Assembly (NCBI GenBank): GCA_965248535.1
Contig: CBDFJR010000005.1
Span: 448,001 to 512,000 of the forward strand
DNA from: Phormidesmis sp.
GTDB lineage: Bacteria > Cyanobacteriota > Cyanobacteriia > Leptolyngbyales > Leptolyngbyaceae
DNA length: 64,000 bases
Reading direction: 5' to 3'
A program made the position numbers and the translations under genes. The notes beneath the pieces are model-generated. The model was not told where the DNA came from. It saw nothing but the letters and a program-made list of their open reading frames with translations, and searched no databases. Positions 8,622 to 17,286 of the stretch are shown piece after piece (position 1 is the stretch's first letter; each line of letters starts with the position of its first letter).

Positions 8622-11600
8622 TCAGGCGGTCTTTTGCAGTTCGACAAATTGCCAACGGGTTACGCTTACTTCGTCGGTGCGGCAAATGACGTAGCCAAAG
8701 AATTCTAATCGTTCTAGGTTTTCTTTGATTGCTTTTTTTGCTCTGCTACCGCCTTTAAACTGGGCTGCGATTTGCTCTACTGTCCATTCACCTTGGCTGG
8801 TGCTGAGAAGTTCTTGAATGGCGGCGAGTTGTTCTTTGGGTTGCTTTGACCAGGTTTTTTGCTCGGCAGGCTCGATCGCGACCGTTTCTGGTTCCATCAC
8901 CCCAGTTAAGGTCTGCTGTACCTGCACTTCGCCGGGAGCCTGATAGTCAGGACGCAGCCACCGGACTAAGCCGTTGCGCTCTTCTTCGGCACGATCGGCG
9001 TTAAGTGCGACTAGTTTTTCGAGAATCTCGTCGTCGCTGAGGGTGGGCTGCCAGCCGTAAGCCTCAAACACAGCACTGTCAAGGTCATCGTGAATTTGCT
9101 TGAGGGTGGAGACTAGGGCTTTGTCGTTGTAGGTGCGATCGCTATCCGTAAACGGTTCTCCCCGACGAAGCTTTTCTAACAGGTTATACATTCCGGTAAT
9201 CGTGACATCGGGATGTTGTGTTTGAACTCGCTTCCGATGCGCGTCTAGCTTTTCGCCCAATTCACGAATCTTCTGCTCCTGTTCTAGGGTAGGAGTTGGG
9301 AAGGGAAAGGTATTAAAGCAAGCATCGTGGAAGTACCTTGGAGTATTTCCTCCCAAATCGCTTCGGGCGGATAATGCCCAAGCTGAGTGAATAGTTGAGG
9401 AGAGGATACCCAAAGCAAAAGCGTCATCCAAACCAATACAGATTACTTCCGTTTCACAAAGAGCTTCGACCTCAGAGAAGAAAAAACATCTATGCTTCGC
9501 TGTTCTGCCAGTGACTACATATCTGTCTAATCCTGAAATAGCCTTCTTTAATATTTCATTGCTTCTTCGATATTGCCACCATTTCTCTCGGAGCCGCTGA
9601 TCATTGTTTACCGCTCTAACAGATTTCACATGATCAACTAAATGTTGATAAATGTACGGACTAATTGACATTAAATCATTTTCGTTTTCTATGTGATTTA
9701 CATCAATTACAAACTCTAAGTTTCTACCTTTTACTAAGTGGCTCAATTTTTTGAATGGTCGTATTAGGCTTTGCTCCCGTATCCCAAACTCACTTTTCAC
9801 TACGGTAAATCCTAAGCACCCAGGCTCGAAACCTTTTGCTGCCAGGTTGAAATTAGCTCGTAGTTGAATTGCATCATTCGCACTGAGAGAGGATTGTAAA
9901 GATGAAGTTATAAACTTAACTGTTGAATAGCTTATTTCCCATTCGTGCAATGTTCCTTTTTTTGAAGATTTTCCTAAAAGAGGCATTTGTGATGATTTTG
10001 TCTTCTCTAACTCTGCCCCAGTCATAGCAACTGTGACAGCAGCATCACCACCTTCTAGCCAAGGATGATCTGGTATTGCAAAGAATAGACGAATTGGTTC
10101 TTTGTGCTGCTGATGAAATTCAATTACTACCCGCTGTCTTTCTTGTCTAATCGTGTTAGTTGTAATCAAGCCAAATCGATGTGTCTTTCTTTCCTGTAGT
10201 GTTTTTGCCGACTTGTGCCACCAATACATTACATAGTCAACAGTTGCTGGAATATCAGAATAGACTTCTCTTACAGTCTCGGCATATCCATCTCCTAGAA
10301 GTTCTCGCATATCTGAATTTGCAATAAACGGAGGATTTGAGACAATATAATCTGCTTCTTGCCACTCAGCCGATCGTGCATTGATATAGCGATAAATTGG
10401 AGTTTGATCACTCGGATCAGGCACATCTTCACCCGTCACCGGATGTTTCATCGTGCGACCACCCCACCGAGTTTTAACCTTTCCCGTCTTAGGGTCGATC
10501 GCCTCTTCCTTCCCGTCATACGCCAGCACCGCATCTCGATGTTCAATATTGTGGAAGTTTTGCAAAACAGGTTCAGGCGGCGGCGTAGTGCCATAGCGTT
10601 TGAAGTGCCATTGCAGATAACCAATCCAGATGACAAGTTCGGCGATCGCCGCCGCTCTAGGGTTAACCTCAATGCCCAAAAACTGAGACGGGTTAACCTG
10701 CTCAGTCTCTAGCTGCACCGCCCCCACCACATCCACCAATCGCTGCACCACCTCAGCTTCTAGCGTCTTCAGCAAATCCAGCGTCACATACAAAAAGTTG
10801 CCCGATCCACACGCCGGGTCAAGAATCTTGACTTCCCGCAAACGCTTAACAAAAGCGCGAATCTCCGTCTCCGCCTTCTTTTTTTGGGCAGTCGTTGACT
10901 CCTCTTGTCCCTCATCAAGCTTGAGCAAGCGATCGACCTCCATCTCCACCTGCTGCCACTCTTGCCTAATCGGGTCAATCACCACCGGACGCACTAAGCG
11001 CTCCACATACGATCGGGGCGTATAGTGCGCCCCCAATCGGCTCCGCTCTTTAGTGTCAAGGGCACGCTCTAACAACGTGCCAAAAATCGCAGGCTCCACC
11101 TGGCTCCAATCCTTATCCGCCGCCCTAAACAACGTTTCTAACTGCTCCTTGGGCAACTCAAACGCCGTCGCATCCGCAAAAAAGCTGCCGTTAAATCGCA
11201 AAATTCGCTCAAATCCAAAACTACCGCCCGTGTTCATCGTCTGCCACAGAGCTTCAATCTCTGGCTTAAAGCGTCTAGGGTCAGCAATCCACCGCTCATT
11301 TAAAGCGGTCTTAAACACGTCTCTCGGCAATAGCTCCACATCCTCCGCAAACATAGTAAAAATGCAGCGCATCAAAAAATTAGCCACCTCATGCGGATCG
11401 TGCTGCTGCTCCTCAAGCCACTTCGCCAGTTTTGCCAACTCTGCGGCAACATCCCGCGTCACCCGTGCCCGATATTTTTCTGGGTTTAAACTCTGTGGAT
11501 CAGCAAAAATCGCCACAAATCGATCAAACACCTCCGGCCTCAAAAGATCATCAAGATCGAGCCGCTCTCTCGCGCCATACCCGATCGTGTAGCTGCCGTT

Positions 11601-12035
11601 AAAATCCATCCATAGCTCAAAGTGAGAACCGATATCACACGTCATCAGAAACGGCGGCTTGACATCCAGTTGCTTGACATACGCCCGCGCCTGAAAAAAT
11701 GCCTTCTCCATCGCCTTACGATACGTCTCCGTTCCCCGCTTTGCCGTGCCCTTGCCCGATAGATCGCTGCCCTGCTTCGCCTCAACCAGCAGATGCCCTT
11801 CTTTATAAAAATCAGCAAACCGAGTCGTCGAGTCACGATCGCTGTGAAAAAACTTGATTTCCTTATCAAAACAGTAAGGATCGCCAGAAACATTTCCCTT
11901 GGGTGGCGGAGCCATAACCCCCAACGCATCACACAAGTCACGAAAAAAATTCTGATAGTTGGCGCGCTCATTTCCCTGAGAGCCTCTCCAAGTGGTCAGA
12001 AACTGCTGAATTCGCTGGATGTCTTCTGGCTTCAT
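8622..12035 (-). CDS. Single-chain Type IIL/IIG (MmeI-like) restriction endonuclease-adenine methyltransferase
   Basis: N-terminal PD-(D/E)xK-like FADFYK...LVEAK, GAHYTP, motif I LDPACGSGNFL, motif IV NPPF, followed by a TRD and a C-terminal helical region. Confidence 0.88.
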   Translation of the reverse strand: MKPEDIQRIQQFLTTWRGSQGNERANYQNFFRDLCDALGVMAPPPKGNVSGDPYCFDKEIKFFHSDRDSTTRFADFYKEGHLLVEAKQGSDLSGKGTAKRGTETYRKAMEKAFFQARAYVKQLDVKPPFLMTCDIGSHFELWMDFNGSYTIGYGARERLDLDDLLRPEVFDRFVAIFADPQSLNPEKYRARVTRDVAAELAKLAKWLEEQQHDPHEVANFLMRCIFTMFAEDVELLPRDVFKTALNERWIADPRRFKPEIEALWQTMNTGGSFGFERILRFNGSFFADATAFELPKEQLETLFRAADKDWSQVEPAIFGTLLERALDTKERSRLGAHYTPRSYVERLVRPVVIDPIRQEWQQVEMEVDRLLKLDEGQEESTTAQKKKAETEIRAFVKRLREVKILDPACGSGNFLYVTLDLLKTLEAEVVQRLVDVVGAVQLETEQVNPSQFLGIEVNPRAAAIAELVIWIGYLQWHFKRYGTTPPPEPVLQNFHNIEHRDAVLAYDGKEEAIDPKTGKVKTRWGGRTMKHPVTGEDVPDPSDQTPIYRYINARSAEWQEADYIVSNPPFIANSDMRELLGDGYAETVREVYSDIPATVDYVMYWWHKSAKTLQERKTHRFGLITTNTIRQERQRVVIEFHQQHKEPIRLFFAIPDHPWLEGGDAAVTVAMTGAELEKTKSSQMPLLGKSSKKGTLHEWEISYSTVKFITSSLQSSLSANDAIQLRANFNLAAKGFEPGCLGFTVVKSEFGIREQSLIRPFKKLSHLVKGRNLEFVIDVNHIENENDLMSISPYIYQHLVDHVKSVRAVNNDQRLREKWWQYRRSNEILKKAISGLDRYVVTGRTAKHRCFFFSEVEALCETEVICIGLDDAFALGILSSTIHSAWALSARSDLGGNTPRYFHDACFNTFPFPTPTLEQEQKIRELGEKLDAHRKRVQTQHPDVTITGMYNLLEKLRRGEPFTDSDRTYNDKALVSTLKQIHDDLDSAVFEAYGWQPTLSDDEILEKLVALNADRAEEERNGLVRWLRPDYQAPGEVQVQQTLTGVMEPETVAIEPAEQKTWSKQPKEQLAAIQELLSTSQGEWTVEQIAAQFKGGSRAKKAIKENLERLEFFGYVICRTDEVSVTRWQFVELQKTA

Positions 12036-12126
12036 TGCGTCACCGGGAAACCCAATCCCCTTGCGGGTTGGGAGGGATAGGTGCGCGGGTCAAGGGGTTC
12101 AACGCCCCGCAGACTCGCACTTCTTA

Positions 12127-12166
12127 CTCAGTTGCCTGCGACGGGAAACCCGTCTTCAGCACTGAG
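12127..12166. repeat. Short structured repeat (CTCAGT...ACGGG-AAA-CCCGT...ACTGAG) resembling cyanobacterial small dispersed hairpin repeats
   Basis: Nested inverted repeats are visible in the sequence; the family resemblance is from recall only. Confidence 0.4.
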
Positions 12167-12224
12167 CGCTAAATCTCTGCAAATGCCAGATAAGACCAGC
12201 CCTCTATGATCGTAGTGTATCTGT

Positions 12225-12592
12225 ATACAGAGAACGATTCGCATCCAACTCAAACCCGACATCGAAACGGCTGGTGTGCTGACTCAAACAATTGAGCAAT
12301 ACACCTAGTCGTTCAATGCCGTGTCTCAGCATGGATGGGACAACGACTTGGCAAATGGCGTAGAGTTGCACAAAGCAACCTACTATGACCATCGCGCTCA
12401 AACTGGACTTCCTGCTCAATTGGTCTGTGCCGCACGAGTCAAAGCAACCGAGGCTTTGAAATCTGCCAAGACCCTGAAAAAGAAGGGCAAGACGGTTAAC
12501 TGCCCCACCTCGAAACGCTGCCCCATTCGCTACGATGCTCGGTCTTACACGATCTGGTTTGACCGCTCGAAAGTGACGATTCTTAGCCTCAA
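12225..12592 (+). pseudogene. tnpB: tnpB (RNA-guided endonuclease) N-terminal pseudogene
   Basis: One frame reads (I)QRTIRIQLKPD...EQYT*SFNAV...LHKATYY...LPAQLVCAARVKA...PIRYDARSY. The start appears to be ATA rather than ATG, there is an in-frame TAG at 12306-12308, and RuvC and the Zn-finger are missing. Confidence 0.78.
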
Positions 12593-12866
12593 TGCATCTT
12601 TGCTTTCGCTACTCATGGGTTCTTGCTAAAGGGATTACCCACTGAGGCTGTTAGTTACCGTCTTTCGCCCCGCTTTATCGGTTTGATGGCTAGTCTCCTC
12701 CATAGGGGTCGTGCTTTCACCGCTGCACCTACGGGGTAGGACTTGGGAATGTCACCCTCACCTACATGGCTATCAAGTTGCCAAGGTTCGGTCGGGATTG
12801 CTCCCTTCTTTGTCCTTGCCAGTCGTCCTTGAGTATTCCTACTCATTTAGACTGAACGAATCGCAG
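12591..12866 (-). mobile_element. Group II intron 5' fragment (part of domain I), no RT ORF and no domains V/VI
   Basis: Minus strand begins (C)TGCGATTCGTTCAGTCTAAATGAG, close to the GUGCG boundary. It contains GCGGTGAAAGCAC, GGGGCGAAAGACGGTAACTAACAGCCTC, GGGTAATCCC and AGCGAAAGC elements that I recognise from cyanobacterial group IIB intron domain I. Confidence 0.72.
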
Positions 12867-12909
12867 CATCCCCTTGTGGGTGGGGTGGTTGCCAGGCTGG
12901 CGATTTCCT

Positions 12910-13470
12910 TTATTCCCCAACCTTTCGGACAATGCGACACGGGTTGCCTACTGCTACTACCCCTTCTGGGATATCCTTCGTCACAACACTGCCAGCGCCG
13001 ACTACCGATCGCGCCCCAATTCGCACTCCAGGGCAAATAATTGCACCGCCCCCTACCCAAACGTCATCGCCGATCGCGATCGCGCTGCCCAATTCTAGCC
13101 CCAGCCTGCGCTTTGCTGCACTCAAGGGATGGGTTGCCCCATAAATCTGTACGGCAGGCCCAAACAGCACACCAGACCCAATCAGAATTGGCGCGACATC
13201 GAGAATGACACAGTTGAAGTTAAAGAAAACCTTGTCGCCGATCGTGATATTGCTCCCATAGTCGCAGTAAAAAGGGGGTTCTATCCAGATACCTTGCCCC
13301 GTCGCAGGCATCAATTCTTTGATCAGACGATCGCGTTCCTCTTGTTGGTCATCGCCTGTGTCATTGAGTGCCTTTAACAGCAGCCGAGCACGTCGGCGCT
13401 CGGCTAAGAGTTGCGGATCGAGAGGGTCATAAAGTTCGCCCCCCAGCATCTTTTCCTTCTCACTTCTCAT
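12910..13470 (-). CDS. maa: Maltose/galactoside O-acetyltransferase (hexapeptide repeat family)
   Basis: EKEKMLGGELY, IEPPFYCDYGSNI, IGDDVWVGGGA, GAGSVVTKDIP, VGNPCR. Confidence 0.88.
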   Translation of the reverse strand: MRSEKEKMLGGELYDPLDPQLLAERRRARLLLKALNDTGDDQQEERDRLIKELMPATGQGIWIEPPFYCDYGSNITIGDKVFFNFNCVILDVAPILIGSGVLFGPAVQIYGATHPLSAAKRRLGLELGSAIAIGDDVWVGGGAIICPGVRIGARSVVGAGSVVTKDIPEGVVAVGNPCRIVRKVGE

Positions 13471-13627
13471 AATCTCTCTAAAGCCCCTGATTTCCTCTCA
13501 GACTGACGACAACGTTGATCGGCCAAGCAACCTAGAACGTAGACCAAAAGGCTGCAAGCCGCTGCTCCAACAACTGGTTAGACTATGGCTCACAAGTAAA
13601 TCGAAGGTTGGCACCTCGCGATCGCTC

Positions 13628-13736
13628 CTAGTAGTCTGTCAAGGCTATTTTGAGGGGTAGCTAGAGTCTGCAACTCCTGACTGAAGTCAGCTTTTAAGAG
13701 AATCTATCCCTCAATTAAAAATTGACATTCTACTAG
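13628..13736. mobile_element. MITE-like element (~109 bp) with ~34 bp imperfect terminal inverted repeats
   Basis: Left CTAGTAGTCTGTCAAGGCTATTTTGAGGGGTAG matches the reverse complement of the right end, CTAGTAGAATGTCAATTTTTAATTGAGGGATAG. CTAG occurs at both ends, with an internal palindrome CTGACTGAAGTCAG. Confidence 0.7.
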
Positions 13737-13961
13737 GGTGACCAGTTAACAAGAATGATCTGCGTAACGACTACTCGCCCATTTATTCGTCATTGTAATA
13801 GCGTTCAACCACCTGCAACCCTTGACGTTATTCAATTCTTATATTGCTGTCGTAAGTCTACAGACAGATTTGAATTAAGGGGTGTTTCAACGAGATTTGC
13901 TACCCTCATTGCTGCTTGAGGCTCTAAGATCAAGCCAGTGCTGTGGTTATTAGCTTTTCTA

Positions 13962-14465
13962 ATGGTTCAATATACGCTTGCTCAAAGTCCCGAAGTCATT
14001 CTCACCGTTTCAGGTAAAGACTCTGCAAAAGCCCGTGAAAAGGCCATGGATCAACTCATGGAATTGATGGATGACGGTAAACTGCCCACTGAGCTAACCG
14101 AGGGCTTCAGTCCGAAACAATTTATTGAAGTTAAAGATCCCGGTGCGATCGCCGCTAGTGATGAAGAGTCCCTCAATCAAGCCGTCCAAATTCTCAGCAG
14201 TCTTGCCACCCTCAAACTCAAGGTTCAAGAGTCTCGCACTGAGGCGCTAGAAGTGCGAGAGCAGCTTGATATTCTATTCTCAGATGATTTTGTGAGTGAA
14301 GAAGAGGTCACTCAACTTAAAGATGGCTTCAAAGTCCTCAAAACCTATGCTCAAGCAAATTTGCGCTATCGAGAAGCTCGTGCCCAAGCAGAAGCAGCTC
14401 GTAGGGTGTTAGATCAAGCCCTTCAGTCGCCTCCTGAGCCAAAAGCTCCCAAAGGTAAAGGATAA
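13962..14465 (+). CDS. Conserved cyanobacterial hypothetical protein (helical)
   Basis: Clean ORF starting MVQYTLAQSPEVILTV; no function recognised. Confidence 0.75.
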   Translation: MVQYTLAQSPEVILTVSGKDSAKAREKAMDQLMELMDDGKLPTELTEGFSPKQFIEVKDPGAIAASDEESLNQAVQILSSLATLKLKVQESRTEALEVREQLDILFSDDFVSEEEVTQLKDGFKVLKTYAQANLRYREARAQAEAARRVLDQALQSPPEPKAPKGKG

Positions 14466-14537
14466 AATTCCCGTCGCTTCTGAGTCAGCGTGAAATAGGA
14501 TAGTGGAGTCATCTTAAAAAAACTTCACATAATCATC

Positions 14538-15428
14538 GTGACTGTAGAGAAACCTTTAGCGTCGGCTGCTCTTGAAAAGCAACGTTGGGAGTGGCGGGGG
14601 CACTCAATCCACTACACGTCTGCTGGCAGTGGGCACCCTCTAGTATTGATTCATGGATTTGGAGCCTCGATCGGGCACTGGCGCAAAAATATCCCTGTTC
14701 TCGCTGCCGCCGGATATCAGGTCTTTGCCCTTGATCTGCTGGGCTTTGGCAACTCTGCGAAGCCTGCCCTCGACTACACGCTAGATCTGTGGGTGGAGAT
14801 GATTCACGATTTTTGGCGGGCAAAGATTCAGCAGCCTGCGGTTTTTGTGGGCAACTCGATCGGAGGTCTAATCTGCCTGATGATTCTCGCCGAGCACCCT
14901 GAGATGGCAGCAGGCGGAGTTTTGCTCAACGCAGCAGGTGGACTCAACCATCGCCCTGACGAGCTAAACCTGCCGCTGCGGTTGGTGATGGGCAGTTTTG
15001 CCAAACTGGTGAGTTCCAAAGCGATCGGGCCCTGGCTGTTCGATCGGGTTCGCCAAAAAGCTCGAATTCGCGGTAGCCTTCAGCAGGTTTATAAAAATCG
15101 CGCAGCCATCACTGATGAATTAGTCGATCTGCTGCATCTGCCCTCCTGTGATTTGGGCGCTCAAGCAGTGTTTGCGTCTATTTTGACTGCCCCAGCCGGG
15201 CCCAGACCAACCGAACTGCTGCCCCGCATTCAGGCCCCGCTGCTGGTGCTGTGGGGAGAATCTGACCCGTGGACTCCGATCGCGGGATCACAAATCTATC
15301 AGCAGATGACTGAAACCCATGATGTCCAATTTGTAGGCATTCCTGACACGGGGCATTGTCCCCATGACGAACGACCTGAAGTAGTCAATCCCCTAATTCT
15401 CAACTGGCTCACCGCGATCGCGCACTAG
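14538..15428 (+). CDS. Alpha/beta fold hydrolase
   Basis: LIHGFGAS, nucleophile GNSIG, GHCPHDE. Confidence 0.92.
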   Translation: MTVEKPLASAALEKQRWEWRGHSIHYTSAGSGHPLVLIHGFGASIGHWRKNIPVLAAAGYQVFALDLLGFGNSAKPALDYTLDLWVEMIHDFWRAKIQQPAVFVGNSIGGLICLMILAEHPEMAAGGVLLNAAGGLNHRPDELNLPLRLVMGSFAKLVSSKAIGPWLFDRVRQKARIRGSLQQVYKNRAAITDELVDLLHLPSCDLGAQAVFASILTAPAGPRPTELLPRIQAPLLVLWGESDPWTPIAGSQIYQQMTETHDVQFVGIPDTGHCPHDERPEVVNPLILNWLTAIAH

Positions 15429-15514
15429 TCGCTAAAATCACTCTTACTCTCAATCCTGCTGTCGAATCTGAGAGATTTTACTGAACTCTCTGCTCAGATA
15501 AAGGGCTACGCTCA

Positions 15515-16681
15515 TTGATGCACAGGATAACTCTATCAATGAGATCATCTCAACCCAGCGAAGATGAGTTTGAGGGCAAGCAGATGAATGATCAACATGA
15601 TTGCGGTCAACCAACAATGAGGGCGGAGAGTGAATTTGAGACCATCACCCCGCCAGAGCCTGACGATGCGGAGCCATCTGAGCAAGCCGAAGAGGTGCCT
15701 TCTCGCCCCTTAGACGATCGACAGCGAGCAGCCAATCGCTTCCTCAAGCAAGGAATGAGTCGATATCAGGCAGGGCAGTTTCGGTTAGCGCTGCACGATC
15801 TTCAGCAAGCCCAAACCCTTTACTTAGAGCTTGGAGACCAATCCGGGGCCCAAAAAGCGTTGAGTAGTTTGGGGTTGACCTTCTACAGCCTTGGAGATTA
15901 TCAGCAAGCGATCGACTGTTCTCAGCGCAGCCTCCCCCCGGCGCAAAAGATTGAGAACTGTCTCGGCACCGTTAAAGTGCTGGGAACCTTGGGCAACGCC
16001 TATCGGCACCTGTCTGATCACCCCAAAGCCATTGAATATCAGCAGCAGAGCCTTGGTCTGGCACGAGAGATTCATGACCGACGCGGCGAGATGGCAGCTT
16101 TAAATAATCTGGGGCTTACCCACAAAGCCTTGGGTGACCATCAATGCGCGATCGAGTCTGAGCAGCAAGCCCTGGCCATTGCTCAAGAGCTGCACGATCA
16201 GCCTGTGGCTGGTCAGATTCTCAAAAACTTAGGCAACGCTTTCTATGCCTTGAGAGACTATTCTCAAGCGATCGACTATTACAAACAGTGTTTGACGCTG
16301 GCAAACGAAGTCGGCGATCGGCGACTAGTCGGACAAATTCTTCGCAACTTGGGCAATGCGTGTTACACGGCTGGAGACCATCCTGGAGCCATTCTCTACA
16401 ATCAGCAGCGATTGTTGCTGGCTCAAGACGCGGGCGATCTACGAGTCCAAGAACAAGCTCTAGGAAGTTTAGGAGTTTCCTACGATGCGCTGGGGCAGGT
16501 TAGCCTGGCTCTCAAGTGCCATGAGCAGCGCCTTATTCTCTCACGTCAGCTTCACGATCAACGCCTCGAAGATCAGGTTTTGGCTGCCTTAAAGGTGGTG
16601 TGCTATGCCCAAGGAGACTATGGTAAAGCACACCAATATACTCAAGAGCGGATAGCGCTGTCAGAGACTAAAAACTCGTGA
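15515..16681 (+). CDS. Tetratricopeptide repeat protein (start uncertain)
   Basis: Repeated LGNAY/LGLTF ... AI.Y.QQ.L..A 40-aa TPR units; no catalytic domain seen. Confidence 0.85.
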   Translation: MMHRITLSMRSSQPSEDEFEGKQMNDQHDCGQPTMRAESEFETITPPEPDDAEPSEQAEEVPSRPLDDRQRAANRFLKQGMSRYQAGQFRLALHDLQQAQTLYLELGDQSGAQKALSSLGLTFYSLGDYQQAIDCSQRSLPPAQKIENCLGTVKVLGTLGNAYRHLSDHPKAIEYQQQSLGLAREIHDRRGEMAALNNLGLTHKALGDHQCAIESEQQALAIAQELHDQPVAGQILKNLGNAFYALRDYSQAIDYYKQCLTLANEVGDRRLVGQILRNLGNACYTAGDHPGAILYNQQRLLLAQDAGDLRVQEQALGSLGVSYDALGQVSLALKCHEQRLILSRQLHDQRLEDQVLAALKVVCYAQGDYGKAHQYTQERIALSETKNS

Positions 16682-17286
16682 TCTCACAAGAGAGAGTGAA
16701 TGAAATCAAGCGATAACTGGCTCAGGCAGTGACCCTGCCGTGTCATCCCTGGGTATGATTTTGGGTTTATTCAATCTGCAAGTTTAAGCCAGCCCATTGC
16801 TCGATTCGCGAGTCTGTGATTCAATAACGCTTAGGTCATATAGCTTTTTGTTAAATTAACTTGACAAAAAGACAGAATTACATGAGAAACCGAACTATTT
16901 AAAGATATATGAAGATTCTCTCTACCGGAGGGTGTTTAGGTGGAATCTACTGAATAAAAGAGGCAGTTGGAGTCAGATTAGGAATTCATCAGGTCAATAT
17001 ACTGAGAAGCTCGGATGCAATCCTCAAAGATTTAAGCATTAATTAATTGTTGATCAAATATTGTTCAAATCCACAGTCAAAAAAGCGGTTCTTTGAAGCG
17101 GACAATAGACCATCTAGGGGCGCAGGCTTTAACATTCAAAGCTTTTCACTACACCCTCAGTCTTACTCCACTGGATAGCAGTCTTAAGAGTTAAGTCATT
17201 AATATCTACAGCACAAAATCTATCTGATTTTGAGTTCCAGTTCTAGATTCAAGTCGCAAATTTACGTACCCCCTTCTAAATTTCTT

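Larger units (their letters stand above)
12041..12592 (+). mobile_element. IS200/IS605-family remnant (left-end hairpin plus truncated tnpB)
   Basis: Subterminal hairpin CCCAATCCCC-TTGC-GGGTTGGG at 12051-12072, followed about 150 bp later by a TnpB-like N-terminal coding sequence; no tnpA seen. Confidence 0.7.

Noticed and set aside
12321..12629. 102-aa ORF as an intact small TnpB-derived regulator
   Set aside because: It starts after an in-frame stop, lacks the N-terminus and RuvC, and ends in intron-derived sequence; no omega-RNA or right end is visible
12591..12866. Structured RNA after tnpB interpreted as a TnpB omega-RNA or a functional IStron
   Set aside because: The motifs match a group II intron 5' end on the opposite strand, and catalytic domain V and the RT are absent, so it cannot splice by itself
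12655..13377. Several overlapping short ORFs around the intron fragment and maa
   Set aside because: They are shadow ORFs with no recognisable motifs
15515..16681. TPR protein as part of a TPR-CHAT or defence system
   Set aside because: No CHAT, NTPase or effector domain is present, and the neighbours are ordinary genes
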